Source of the DNA: Ignavibacteriota bacterium | Lineage (GTDB): Bacteria > Bacteroidota > Ignavibacteria > Palsa-1295 | NCBI GenBank assembly: GCA_003151825.1 | Contig: PLYO01000026.1 | Location: 21,704-85,703 of the forward strand | Length of the DNA stretch: 64,000 bases | Direction of reading: 5' to 3' | In this document: positions 16,548-26,600 of the stretch, in pieces | How positions within the stretch are numbered: the first letter of the stretch is position 1 | How the letters are laid out: each line of letters opens with the position of its first letter | Position numbers and translations under genes: made by a program | The notes under the pieces: generated by a model | The model's input: the letters and a program-made list of their open reading frames with translations, nothing else | What the model was told of the DNA's origin: nothing | Databases searched by the model: none

Positions 16548-19500
16548 GTGCAATGGGCTATTGATTATTTTCACTTTAGGCCTTATTGTCTCCCCCTCAT
16601 TCGCCCAATTTCCTGCGGCCTGCGATAGCGAAAAACAGTGTGTCGGTAATGCGCTGACGATTTCGGTCACGAGCGGCAAAGGCGCTGAGTATGTGGATGT
16701 CGATACGTCCTACCTGCTCGATAATCTTGGGAACGCAATGACGTTCGAGGCGTGGATTGCACCTCAGCCGCAGCCGGGAAAAATTCAGTATATCGCCGGG
16801 CTGTGGGGACCGAATCAGGATGTGAACGACCAGTGGGTGCTCTATATTAAGGACAACCAAATTTTCTTTGCGCTTTCGAAAGATAATTCCTACAAAGGCG
16901 ATAGCGATAATACCATCGCGATTGCAAATGTGCCCGATCTCTATACCAACGGCTGGCGCCATGTAGCCGCCGAGTGGGACGCGGCTTCGACCGCAGCAAG
17001 AATTTATCTGGACGGCGCGCTTGTAGCTACGCAGACAAACCCGCTTTATCCACTGAATAAACTTCATGTGCCGGAAGACCCGCAATTGCCGATGCAAATC
17101 GGAAGCTGCAATGGGCTTTATGACGATACTGTCAATCGCCGAACGTTCCTCGGCCAGATAGATGAAGTACAGCTTTGGGATATTTCCTTGACCGCAAACC
17201 AGATTGCGTGTCAGCGTCTCCTTTCACTTCGAGGCAACGAGCCGGGACTGGTGCTCTATTATCGCTGTAACGAAGCGCCATCGATTCAATTCTTGTGCGA
17301 CGCGACCGGCAATAATCATATCGGCTTGCTTCGCAGCGGCGCGGCGTGTGACACGAGTAACCGCACGATTCCGCTGAACTATTCAATGCAGCCGCCAACC
17401 ATAAACGCGGTGCTCATTTGCACCGAAGATACCGATTTCACCTTCACGCTCACCGATACTTCTATTTGCGGGGATAATATCACGCTTAGTATCTATGGCC
17501 CCGATTCAGGTCTCTTCACGCTTTCGACAAAAAATATTTCGCTCACGCAAGGTGTGCCGCAATCGTTTACCGTTCATTTCCATACCGATCTTATCGGGCC
17601 TGTTTCGGCGGGCATTTCAATCCAAAACGTAAATAGCTGCGGCGATCCGCTCAACGTGCCGCTAAGCGTCGACCGTGCTACGCAGCTTAGTTATTCCGTC
17701 GATCGAATCGTGCTCGATACGCTTTATGTGGGTTGCCAAACGACAACCGTTTCTACCGAGACGCTCACCATCTGCAATCCCGGCCCCGGCCCGGTTACGC
17801 TGACGAATATTTTGCTCGACAGCAATCATTTTACCTGGAGTTCGCCCGGATTAACGTTCCCATACGTGCTTCCGGTTAACGGCTGCGTGACGATCACCGT
17901 GCAAATGAATCTCATCGATTCTTCGCATACGTTTTTAGATACCCTGCGCATATTCAGCAACGAGTTATGCCCCGGCAGCGGCGTGGTTCCCATTTCGGGC
18001 CGCGTGCAGGATGTGCTCGGCATTCTGCAAACGAACGGTAAAACACGGCTCGACTCGATGGCTTTCGGCGAGGTATGCCCCGGCTTTATCAGTGGAACGA
18101 TTAGCTTCGAATATCGCGCGCTCGGCAGTGACACGGTCGCAATCGATTCCATCAATTATAATCCGCCGAATTTTTTTGGCGCTGGAATCGGTCTGCCGTT
18201 GAAACTCGCTCCCAAACGAGCTAACCCGCCGACGTATGCGCGATTCAAGCCAAGCCAGCCCGGCTTAGTCACTGGGACGCTCACGGTTACGGCGAATTAT
18301 CACGGCTGCGAAATTGTAAAAACAGTTGCCCTAACTGGCACGGGCTATTCCGTCGATGTGGATTTTTTAACGCCGCAGCTTAACTATGGGAACGTTACGA
18401 TTGGGAAAACCGCTACGCTCTCCGCGGAAATTATCGATAGTGGCGCAGATGCGCGAAACATCGCTTCCTATTTGCAAATCGGCGATGTGTTTACCATTGT
18501 CGCCGGTCGCACCTACGATATTGCGCCCGGCCAGACCGAGCCGATCACCATTATCTTTCGCCCGCGCCAGCCGATTACGTATTACGACACGCTTTCGATT
18601 TTCGACGAGCAGTGTTACGAGGTGAAATCGATTCCTATTCAGGGAACGGGAATTTTTCAGGCGTTTTCGTTCAATCCATCGTATCTCGATCTCACGGGCG
18701 TCATTGGATGCTCCTCCGAAACCGGTCCGATCTCTATTCAAAATATATCGGGGCAAACACTGACGATCACAAGCTGTGTGCTGAACGATCCGACGGGAAA
18801 GTTCAGCGTCGGAGGCTTGAATATTCCCACGACCTTCACCAATAATGAGAGTTGGGATTTTACGGTGACCTACACGCCGAACGATGTCAATGTGGACCGG
18901 GCGGACGAAGCGTATATCGATCTCACACTTGCGGATGGTGAAGTGTATGAAATTATTTTGCGCGCGACGAGTCTCGCGCCGAGGCTGTATGTGACACCGC
19001 TCACGACCTACGGCGTCGTGGAAGTAGGATGGCAGACGCAGGATTCGATCCTGCTGCAAAACGCGAGCAATGTGTCGGAACTCCTTACGGGTTACACCAT
19101 GCCGTGGGGATACTCGCTCATAAGCGCGAACCCGCCGTTTCCGGCGACGCTGGCTCCGCGTGACTCGATGTGGCTCGTCGTGCAATTTAAGCCTCCGGCG
19201 GATTCCGAATACGACGGGAACTTTACTATACAGGTCGATTCGCCATGCGTGAATACGTATTCCGACGAACTTACGGGCACGGGCCAGGTGGTGAAGCTCG
19301 ATGTTCCGATCAGCTTTATGAATTACGGCATTGTCCGCCCGTGCGATTGCGCCACGCGCGAAATCCCGCTGGCCAATTATAGCCATGCCATTTCTATCAC
19401 GCTCGATTCGGTGTGGATTACCGGGGTGGGCGTCACGCCGCTCAAGCCTTCGACCTTTAGTTGGACGCTTAAATCGACGGGGAACGATGTGCTGCCGATC

Positions 19501-21465
19501 GTGATCGGGCCCGGAACGTTCGATACGCTCGAAGTGACGTTTTGCCCGAATATCCCCGCCATCAACGCGAATCTGATCAAGATCGACACGCTGAACATCG
19601 AAGCGCATACGCCCGGGTGGAACGATTCGTTTACAACTATTTTGAGCGGCGAGCGTGAGATGAATTTTCAGCCGAACGTGTCGCTGGTGCAATTCCCGGC
19701 CACGCGCGTGGATACGTCCGCAAAAGCACAGCCCGTCACGATTACGGTTCCCGGCGTGGCGACGAACCCCGATGGCGATTCCGTCGTGATCGATATGGTA
19801 AGTTTTCAGCCGGATCAGCACGTCTTTACAGCGGTTGCTTCCACCGGACTGCCATTGCCCTGGGTTATCCAGCGCGGGCAAAAAAACTTCTCGATCAAAG
19901 TCAATTTTTTGCCGCGCGCGCCAAAAATTTATACCGCGCGGATGCTCATTCATACCGTCTTCCCATGCAACAGTACGGACACGACCGTGCTCGTCGAAGG
20001 CGACGGTTTTGCGCCATACGTTGGATTGCAGATGGCATTCGACACTGCGCGCATTGGGCTGGATACGTTCCACCTCACGACCTGCGACACCCTCGTTTTG
20101 CCCATCATGCTGAACAAGGATATTCCGCAGGAATACATGAATGTTTATTACCATTTGGGATACGATACAACAGAACTTGAACTGCTGAATGGCTTATCGC
20201 CTTATACCGATTCCGTGGGTGGGTTCGATACTTCGGATGGAGCGAATGTTGCGCTTATCAATGGAATAAATATTAAAGCTGGAACTATTAGCACATTGAA
20301 ATTCAAGGTCATCGGAGGGCCGGCGGTCTTTCACATGACCTTAGACAATATCAATTTTGACAGCGATTCGCTTGTCTTTTTTAACATCCTTGGCTTACCC
20401 GATAGTTGTGTAATCGAGATCGATCAGCCCATGATTGCGGTTACAAAGTTGACCAATTTCGATACCGTCGATGTGAAGGATTGTAAAAGCGACACCATTA
20501 CGGTCTATAATACCGGCGTGATTCCTGTTCGGTTCGATTCGCTCTCGCTGCCCAAATGGCATTCCGTTACCGCTTCCTCGATTCCGCTTCCTGCGATGCT
20601 CGCGCCGGGGGATTCGGTGCAATTAACGGTAACGTTTTGCCCGAAAGATTCCTCCGTGTTCGATACAACCATTACGGCGTATTCGAACTCGCCATGCCTC
20701 GCCACCGATACCGGCACTCTGATGAGCGTTGGCTACGCGCCGCCGTTCCCATTCAGGATGCTGATGCTGCCGGACGTTTCCGCAACCGACTCCATTGGCT
20801 CGATCGGCGGACTCATTATGGACACCATCGAAGTTCCCATATTCATAAACCGCTCGATACCACTCACCCCGCTCGATGTGAAGTTTACACTAAATTACGA
20901 TGCGCGCGCGCTGGAATATCTAAGTGTCACTTCGCCCTATGCCCAAGCAACGGTCACCAATGTTCCCGGAACGCTTGGTTTTGTATTTTCAGGATCGCAG
21001 AATGTCGATAGCGGCGCGTTTGCACGCGTGAAATTTCTCATCACCGTGCCGGATAGCGCTACCTCGACGATGACGCTCTCGCCTGGGGTGTTCACCAGCG
21101 ATTCGATCATGTTCATCAGGCCACGCCCAACTGGCGATACGAGCATCGTCACCGTTGGGCCGCAATGCAATATTACTACTTTGATTTTTGTCGGCGGATC
21201 GAATTCGATCTCGCCTGTCCATCCGAATCCATCGTCCGCTATAGCCGGGATCGATCTTTCCTTTATGGAGGACGCAAATCCGGAACTCGATATTATCAAC
21301 AGTCTCGGAGAGACTGTGCTTAAGCCCATGGATGGCACCGCTGCGTACAAAGGCGGAAGTTATCATGTGACGTTCAATTCGCAAACCCTTGCACCGGGAG
21401 CCTATTCCATTATTTTCCGCGCCGGAGATTATTATGCTACCGAGCGGTTTGTCGTTATCCGGTAG
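16543..21465 (+). CDS. Giant T9SS cargo protein: LamG-like domain, multiple ASH/Ig-like (choice-of-anchor-D-like) repeats, two cohesin-like modules and a C-terminal sorting domain
   Basis: Start M38 of ORF 16432-21465 gives the signal peptide MTCNGLLIIFTLGLIVSPSFAQ. LamG-like region: FEAWIAP...WRHVAAEW...FLGQIDEVQLWD. There are at least 7 repeats of the pattern xYGxVxVGxxxxxxxxIxNxGxxxLxI. C-terminus PVHPNPSSAIAGIDLSF...GAYSIIF. Confidence 0.8.
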   Translation: MTCNGLLIIFTLGLIVSPSFAQFPAACDSEKQCVGNALTISVTSGKGAEYVDVDTSYLLDNLGNAMTFEAWIAPQPQPGKIQYIAGLWGPNQDVNDQWVLYIKDNQIFFALSKDNSYKGDSDNTIAIANVPDLYTNGWRHVAAEWDAASTAARIYLDGALVATQTNPLYPLNKLHVPEDPQLPMQIGSCNGLYDDTVNRRTFLGQIDEVQLWDISLTANQIACQRLLSLRGNEPGLVLYYRCNEAPSIQFLCDATGNNHIGLLRSGAACDTSNRTIPLNYSMQPPTINAVLICTEDTDFTFTLTDTSICGDNITLSIYGPDSGLFTLSTKNISLTQGVPQSFTVHFHTDLIGPVSAGISIQNVNSCGDPLNVPLSVDRATQLSYSVDRIVLDTLYVGCQTTTVSTETLTICNPGPGPVTLTNILLDSNHFTWSSPGLTFPYVLPVNGCVTITVQMNLIDSSHTFLDTLRIFSNELCPGSGVVPISGRVQDVLGILQTNGKTRLDSMAFGEVCPGFISGTISFEYRALGSDTVAIDSINYNPPNFFGAGIGLPLKLAPKRANPPTYARFKPSQPGLVTGTLTVTANYHGCEIVKTVALTGTGYSVDVDFLTPQLNYGNVTIGKTATLSAEIIDSGADARNIASYLQIGDVFTIVAGRTYDIAPGQTEPITIIFRPRQPITYYDTLSIFDEQCYEVKSIPIQGTGIFQAFSFNPSYLDLTGVIGCSSETGPISIQNISGQTLTITSCVLNDPTGKFSVGGLNIPTTFTNNESWDFTVTYTPNDVNVDRADEAYIDLTLADGEVYEIILRATSLAPRLYVTPLTTYGVVEVGWQTQDSILLQNASNVSELLTGYTMPWGYSLISANPPFPATLAPRDSMWLVVQFKPPADSEYDGNFTIQVDSPCVNTYSDELTGTGQVVKLDVPISFMNYGIVRPCDCATREIPLANYSHAISITLDSVWITGVGVTPLKPSTFSWTLKSTGNDVLPIVIGPGTFDTLEVTFCPNIPAINANLIKIDTLNIEAHTPGWNDSFTTILSGEREMNFQPNVSLVQFPATRVDTSAKAQPVTITVPGVATNPDGDSVVIDMVSFQPDQHVFTAVASTGLPLPWVIQRGQKNFSIKVNFLPRAPKIYTARMLIHTVFPCNSTDTTVLVEGDGFAPYVGLQMAFDTARIGLDTFHLTTCDTLVLPIMLNKDIPQEYMNVYYHLGYDTTELELLNGLSPYTDSVGGFDTSDGANVALINGINIKAGTISTLKFKVIGGPAVFHMTLDNINFDSDSLVFFNILGLPDSCVIEIDQPMIAVTKLTNFDTVDVKDCKSDTITVYNTGVIPVRFDSLSLPKWHSVTASSIPLPAMLAPGDSVQLTVTFCPKDSSVFDTTITAYSNSPCLATDTGTLMSVGYAPPFPFRMLMLPDVSATDSIGSIGGLIMDTIEVPIFINRSIPLTPLDVKFTLNYDARALEYLSVTSPYAQATVTNVPGTLGFVFSGSQNVDSGAFARVKFLITVPDSATSTMTLSPGVFTSDSIMFIRPRPTGDTSIVTVGPQCNITTLIFVGGSNSISPVHPNPSSAIAGIDLSFMEDANPELDIINSLGETVLKPMDGTAAYKGGSYHVTFNSQTLAPGAYSIIFRAGDYYATERFVVIR

Positions 21466-21474
21466 CCGCACTGA

Positions 21475-23532
21475 ATGAAAGTCCCATCGCTCATCGGATT
21501 TTTACTGTTCGCGACTAACGCGGGGCTGGTTGCTCCCGCTTATGCGCAGAGTGCCGCACCCGATCCGCTTGCCTCGCCATTTCATGCCGGCCTCCGATTG
21601 GGCTATCTTAGGAACTTTCAGCAAACAAGCTCGTTGATCGTTGCGGACTGCCCGCAATGCGGCACGTTTTCGAATGGATCGGGTAATGGCTTCGATGTGC
21701 AGTTGTTTGGCGAAGTTCCGTTCAATTTTTACCGGCGGCTCGATCTTACATTTGGGGCTGGCTTTGCTCAACGCGGCGGCGCATTCGGCCAAAGTGTTAC
21801 AGATGCAGAACAAGTCCTCACAAATACAAGTACAAATACAGCAGTAGATGTTCCATTTACCCGCTTGAATAGTTTTTCCGCGAGCCTTGCGTACATCGAT
21901 CTTTCGGGAGGCGTTCGCATCACTCCGCTTAAGAAAATTCCCGCATATTTTTCCGCCGATCTCGATGCTGATATTCCTGCGGGACACTCCGTCACTTACA
22001 CGCAGACAGAATCCATAATCTCACCCGGTCTCCTCTATCCGCAGAACCATTTGACAACACGTACGGATGGCGCTGGTGCGATTGATGGTGTAAACACGCT
22101 CTTCGGTGTTCGCGGCACGCTGGGATATGAGCTTCCATTTGGCCCTATTCTCACAGCATCGCCGGAACTTTCGTATTATCTGCCGATGAATTCGGTTTCG
22201 ACCTCGCGCCCATGGCGAGTTTCATCCGTAAGCGTGGGCATGGCGATCCGCTGGAACGAACCGGGCAAATCCGTCATCGAAGAACCTGCTCCCGCACCGC
22301 AAGCGCCCGCGAAGCCGCCCATCGTTGCCCGCGAAGATCCGAACCTGCTCGCGCCAAAACTAAGCGCCGCCGCGCTCGTGAGCCAGCCGTTGCATATCAT
22401 CGAAACGACCGTCACGGAAACGTTCCCGATCTTGCCCTACATCTTTTTCGACAGCGCGAGCGCTGTTCTTCCGGATCGATTCGCGCAAATGACATCCTCG
22501 AATGCAGCCCAATTCAAAGAAAGCGATCTTCCGCACCGCTCGCTCGAATCGTATTATCAAATTCTGAATGTGATCGGAAGTCGGTTGCAAACGAATCCCA
22601 TCGCCACGCTGACCATCAATGGCACGACGGACGGACGCGAAGGAATGGATGAAGGAAAAGAGCTTGCGGAACGAAGGGCTAATGCGGTTCGCGATTATTT
22701 CGTCAAGGTGTGGGGCATTGAGCCTACGCGGCTTATTATTACCACGAGCGACGTGCCGAAGAATCCATCGAGCACGCAATATGCCGAGGGATATGAGGAA
22801 AATCGGCGGGCTGAACTTTCCTCGGATAACGACCAAATTCTAAAACCGATCGTGCATGAGCGGTTTCGTGAAGAATCGGCACTTCCGAAAGCAATTCCCA
22901 TCGCGCTTTCTGCGACGAGTTCGATTGGCGTTCGGGATTGGCATCTTAGCATTGTGCTGCGCGGCAGTTCCATTTATGAAACGTCCGGCGAAGGCGCGCC
23001 GCCAGCATCGCTCGATTGGAAGCCGAGCGAAGGGCAAGTGGAATCGCTGGCGAAATCGCTTTCGGAGAAGGATTCCCTTGCACTTAATTTCGAAGCCACC
23101 GCGGCAAACGGCGCGCATTCCTCCGAACAGGCTGCGTTTCCGGCGTCGAAATCGCTCAATCCATTCGAGTTAAGCAGGCTCTCTCTCATCGTTTTCGATT
23201 TCGATCAATCCAGAATCGACGAGCAAAACCAGCGGATGATCGCGCAGTTCGTTGCAAAGTCATTTTATCCTGCTTCGTCCGCAACGATCACCGGCTCGAC
23301 GGATAATTTGGGCGAATTAGATCACAATCAAAAACTTTCGGAAGACCGCGCCTTTAACGTCCGCGATCTCATCCTGGCCGATAAGCCCGAAGCGAAGATC
23401 ACGAGCGCAAAGGGCATTGGCCCATCGAATTTGCTCTACGATAATCATTTGCCAGAGGGCCGCTACTATTGCCGCACCGTAAAAGTGGAAGTCGAAACGC
23501 CGCTCGATTCCATTCTTACGGGACAAAAATAG
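21475..23532 (+). CDS. OmpA family outer-membrane protein (N-terminal beta-barrel, two OmpA_C-like domains)
   Basis: Signal peptide MKVPSLIGFLLFATNAGLVAPAYAQ. OmpA-like motifs NGTTDGRE...ERRANAVRDYF...NRRAELS and GSTDNLG...LSEDRAFNVRDLI. It begins 9 nt after the giant protein gene. Confidence 0.85.
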   Translation: MKVPSLIGFLLFATNAGLVAPAYAQSAAPDPLASPFHAGLRLGYLRNFQQTSSLIVADCPQCGTFSNGSGNGFDVQLFGEVPFNFYRRLDLTFGAGFAQRGGAFGQSVTDAEQVLTNTSTNTAVDVPFTRLNSFSASLAYIDLSGGVRITPLKKIPAYFSADLDADIPAGHSVTYTQTESIISPGLLYPQNHLTTRTDGAGAIDGVNTLFGVRGTLGYELPFGPILTASPELSYYLPMNSVSTSRPWRVSSVSVGMAIRWNEPGKSVIEEPAPAPQAPAKPPIVAREDPNLLAPKLSAAALVSQPLHIIETTVTETFPILPYIFFDSASAVLPDRFAQMTSSNAAQFKESDLPHRSLESYYQILNVIGSRLQTNPIATLTINGTTDGREGMDEGKELAERRANAVRDYFVKVWGIEPTRLIITTSDVPKNPSSTQYAEGYEENRRAELSSDNDQILKPIVHERFREESALPKAIPIALSATSSIGVRDWHLSIVLRGSSIYETSGEGAPPASLDWKPSEGQVESLAKSLSEKDSLALNFEATAANGAHSSEQAAFPASKSLNPFELSRLSLIVFDFDQSRIDEQNQRMIAQFVAKSFYPASSATITGSTDNLGELDHNQKLSEDRAFNVRDLILADKPEAKITSAKGIGPSNLLYDNHLPEGRYYCRTVKVEVETPLDSILTGQK

Positions 23533-23536
23533 TTTC

Positions 23537-24034
23537 CTACACGAGCTTCACGTAATTCTTTTCAAGAATTGTATCGATCTTGAAAACGAGAATTTTCACG
23601 GCGTCGCTTAAGTCTTTTTCGTCCTTTTCCGTAAAACGATTTTTTACTGGAGCATCAATATCCAACACTCCAAAAAGATTGCCGTTTTTTAAAATAATCG
23701 GGAACACGATTTCCGATTGCGAGGCTGGATCGCACGCAATGTGGCTTGGAAATTCATTTACATCGGCAACACGAATAATTCTTCGCTCCGATGCTGCCGT
23801 CCCACAGACGCCTTTGCCCATGGGAATCACCGTGCAAGCAGGCTTGCCTCCGAACGGGCCCAACACGAGCTTCTCACCATCGAAAAGATAGAATCCGCAC
23901 CAATTTATATTATCAAGCGAATGGTAAAGGAACGCCGCCGCGTTCGAAAGCGCGGTGAGGAGGGGCTCGTCCACCCCAATGAGTGATTGCAGTTCCTCAC
24001 CGATCAAGCCTGTCTTTTCCCGAACGGCGTTCAT
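23537..24034 (-). CDS. GAF-domain free methionine-(R)-sulfoxide reductase (YebR/MsrC family)
   Basis: NWCGFYLF...LVLGPFGGKPACTVIPMGKGVCGTAA...HIACDPASQSEIVFPI is typical of the family. Confidence 0.8.
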   Translation of the reverse strand: MNAVREKTGLIGEELQSLIGVDEPLLTALSNAAAFLYHSLDNINWCGFYLFDGEKLVLGPFGGKPACTVIPMGKGVCGTAASERRIIRVADVNEFPSHIACDPASQSEIVFPIILKNGNLFGVLDIDAPVKNRFTEKDEKDLSDAVKILVFKIDTILEKNYVKLV

Positions 24035-24429
24035 GTTTCCGTTTCGTGAGAAATCCTAAGAATGCCGCGTATAGCTTCGCGTGCCTCTTCGCAGGATGCT
24101 TTGGCAAATGCTGCTTCTTGTGGCCCTGCTGATTCGTAAGGATAGCGAACATCAACCCCGAGTCGAGAGAGTTTGTTTAGTGAAGGGAGCAATCGTTCCA
24201 ATTCAGGATGTTGAGGTGTTAAAAGTCGAAGCAACTTCTGAAGATCGTGTATCTTCGGAAATTCCGTTTCTTCCTCGATCATGGTTGCTTTCAGAAGCTT
24301 CTCTACACATTGATGAGAAAGAAAACAAACGATGTCATAGTTCGGATTCTCCGCAACATGGCTTTCCCGTACCATGGAGCGGTAGTCGCCTTCCGCCTTG
24401 TGAACCCACTGTTGTGTGCTATCCTTCAT
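24031..24429 (-). CDS. HEPN domain protein (toxin partner of the MNT)
   Basis: 132 aa and helical, ending in GVDVRYPYE. It overlaps the upstream nucleotidyltransferase gene by 11 nt, the classical HEPN/MNT arrangement. Confidence 0.75.
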   Translation of the reverse strand: MKDSTQQWVHKAEGDYRSMVRESHVAENPNYDIVCFLSHQCVEKLLKATMIEEETEFPKIHDLQKLLRLLTPQHPELERLLPSLNKLSRLGVDVRYPYESAGPQEAAFAKASCEEAREAIRGILRISHETET

Positions 24430-24736
24430 ATAGGACTACCCCATGTTGTGCTACTTCTCGATAAAATGGATCGCCTAATTTAACGTATCGCTGAAGGTCG
24501 GTTTTTTTTCGAACCAGCAGGTCCATGGCGAATGGCGGCTCGACATCGAGACTAATCTCCGCTGCCTTCTCCCACCCTTTCCCGGTATGTTCCATCACGA
24601 CAAATAAATCCACATCCGAATCTTCCGTGGGCTGGCCGTTTGCATACGACCCAAACAGAATAATCTTCTCGGGCCGAAACCGCTCGGCGATCCGATTCGC
24701 GTAGTCCTGAATTTCCTGAAGCGAGGTCATTCTCAC
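24419..24736 (-). CDS. Minimal nucleotidyltransferase (MNT) antitoxin-type protein
   Basis: IILFGSYANGQPTEDSDVDLFVV is the GSx10-DxD polymerase-beta-type NTase motif. Confidence 0.85.
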   Translation of the reverse strand: MRMTSLQEIQDYANRIAERFRPEKIILFGSYANGQPTEDSDVDLFVVMEHTGKGWEKAAEISLDVEPPFAMDLLVRKKTDLQRYVKLGDPFYREVAQHGVVLYEG

Positions 24737-24798
24737 TGAACGCTGGCGAAAGTGATTGGGTTTGGTATAATTCTGAATTTGGGGTTATTGATCGCTTC

Positions 24799-24824
24799 CT
24801 AACTCTTAATTCTTCATTCTTAAC
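24799..24824. repeat. AT-rich AAGAAT-type repeat, left copy, upstream of hmgA
   Basis: CTAACTCTTAATTCTTCATTCTTAAC. Its reverse complement recurs at 25978-26004 (25 nt identical). A related motif lies at 46960-46991. Confidence 0.7.
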
Positions 24825-24836
24825 TTTTAATTGAAG

Positions 24837-25982
24837 ATGAATTGGCCAATTGTAAAAGGGAAAGCAACCCGGCAGGCCCACGTCGCGCTGCCGGAAGGAA
24901 CATTTGAAGAAGAGCACGGGCGTGAAGGCTTCTATGGCCGCGTCTCGCATCTTTATCACACGCATCCGCCGACGGGCTGGACGCGCATCGAAGGTCCGTT
25001 GCGGCCTCATGCGTTTTATCTCGATAAGGTCACGCCTTCGGACATGACCGATCCGCGCGGCACACCCGAGCCGGTGCTGTATAATGACGATCTCATCCTC
25101 TCGATCAGTCGCCGCTCGCAAGCCGCGCCCTTTTATTCGCGTAATGCGGATGGCGACGAGCTGTTCTTTATTCATCGCGGCATGGGAAAAATCGAGACCG
25201 ATTTCGGCGTGATCGCGTATGAGCCTGGTGATTATGTGGTTATCCCGCGAGCCACGACGTACCGGTTCGTCCCTGAAACGAACGATAATTTTATCGTCGT
25301 CGTCGAAGCGCATGGTTCCGAGATATTGCCGCCCACGCCGGAGCAAAAGGGACTGATCGGAATGCACGCGCTCTACGATATGTCCGCCATTACCATCCCG
25401 GAATTTATTCCTTATGAGAAAAAACAGGACACGAATGGGAAGGAATATGAAATCCGCATCAAACGGCTCGGTGAATACACATCTATATTCTATCCATTTG
25501 ATCCTATCGATTTGGTAGGATGGAAGGGCGATCTCACGGTCTTCAAAATCAACATGCGCGATATTCGTCCCGTGATGTCGCCGCGTGTGCATTTGCCGCC
25601 CTCCGCGCATACGACGTTTCTCGCAGAGAATTTCGTGATCTGTTCATTCCTGCCGCGCCCACTCGAGGAGGATCCCGAAACGCTTCGCGTTCCGTTTTTC
25701 CATCGCAATTCCGATTACGACGAAGTGCTTTTTTATCACGATGGCGATTTCTTCTCGCGCGACAATATCAAGGCGGCAATGATGACGCTGCATCCGCAAG
25801 GCATTCATCACGGCCCGCATCCGAAGGCGCTGAAAGCGAATCCGAACATCACGCGTACCAACGAATACGCCATGATGCTCGATGCGAAACATCCGTTGAA
25901 ACTTGCTCCCGCTGCGGAAGCTGCGGAATGGAAGGAATACTGGACGAGCTGGCAGGAGAAGAAGGAAACAATTAAGAGTTAA
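24837..25982 (+). CDS. hmgA: Homogentisate 1,2-dioxygenase (short bacterial form)
   Basis: 381 aa from the ATG at 24837. GREGFYGRVSHLYHTHPPT, cupin-like core and FFHRNSDYDEVLFYHDGDFFSR are consistent with the HGD family. Confidence 0.7.
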   Translation: MNWPIVKGKATRQAHVALPEGTFEEEHGREGFYGRVSHLYHTHPPTGWTRIEGPLRPHAFYLDKVTPSDMTDPRGTPEPVLYNDDLILSISRRSQAAPFYSRNADGDELFFIHRGMGKIETDFGVIAYEPGDYVVIPRATTYRFVPETNDNFIVVVEAHGSEILPPTPEQKGLIGMHALYDMSAITIPEFIPYEKKQDTNGKEYEIRIKRLGEYTSIFYPFDPIDLVGWKGDLTVFKINMRDIRPVMSPRVHLPPSAHTTFLAENFVICSFLPRPLEEDPETLRVPFFHRNSDYDEVLFYHDGDFFSRDNIKAAMMTLHPQGIHHGPHPKALKANPNITRTNEYAMMLDAKHPLKLAPAAEAAEWKEYWTSWQEKKETIKS

Positions 25983-26004
25983 GAATGAAGAATTAAGAGT
26001 TAAG
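25978..26004. repeat. AT-rich AAGAAT-type repeat, right copy, inverted and overlapping the hmgA stop
   Basis: GTTAAGAATGAAGAATTAAGAGTTAAG. The first 25 nt are the exact reverse complement of 24800-24824. Confidence 0.7.
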
Positions 26005-26039
26005 GATCTATCAATTCAAAATTCGCACATGGCGTTGGA

Positions 26040-26600
26040 TTATTTTGATTTTCCTTTCCACTCCACATCATCCACGCCTGCAAGTTGATTCGCCCGCCGC
26101 GCCAGCGTGAACAATAAGTCCGAAAGCCGATTGAGATATATCACATCGTGTTTCCCGATTTCTTCGTCTGCGGTAAGCGTGACAAGCCTTCGCTCTGCGC
26201 GGCGGCATACGGTGCGCGCAAAGTGAAGACGCGCGGCAAGCTCCGAGCCGCCGGGATGAATAAAATGCTTGAGCGGTGGAAGCTGGGCGATGTGTTCATC
26301 GATGGCACGCTCTAAGCGTGTCGCATCTTCTTCGGTAATGCGGGGAATTTTATAGTTCGATCTGGTTTCGAGCGGCGTGGCAAGATCGGCGCCGAGCACG
26401 AAGAGATTTTCCTGAATTTGCTGGAGTAATGGGTCTATCCAATCGTTCTCTCCCACCGCGCGGCAGAGGCCGATTACGGAATCCAGCTCATCGACGCTGC
26501 CATAGGCTTCGATACGAGCGGAATCTTTTGGGACACGTCCGCCGCCGAAGAGGCCGGTGGTGCCGTCATCTCCGGTTTTGGTGTAAATTTTCGTTGCCAT
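26040..26600 (-). CDS. ATP:cob(I)alamin adenosyltransferase, PduO type
   Basis: The N-terminus MATKIYTKTGDDGTTGLFGGGRVPKD...IEAYGSVDELDSVIG is the PduO/MMAB signature. Confidence 0.9.
   Translation of the reverse strand: MATKIYTKTGDDGTTGLFGGGRVPKDSARIEAYGSVDELDSVIGLCRAVGENDWIDPLLQQIQENLFVLGADLATPLETRSNYKIPRITEEDATRLERAIDEHIAQLPPLKHFIHPGGSELAARLHFARTVCRRAERRLVTLTADEEIGKHDVIYLNRLSDLLFTLARRANQLAGVDDVEWKGKSK

Noticed and set aside
18367-20154. 595-aa ORF on the minus strand
   Set aside because: It lies entirely antisense to the 1640-aa cargo gene. Its composition is Arg/His/Gly-rich and low-complexity, with no motifs. This is a typical shadow ORF in GC-rich coding DNA.
24552-25610. 352-aa ORF on the minus strand
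   Set aside because: It is antisense to hmgA and overlaps the MNT gene in another frame. No motifs are present.
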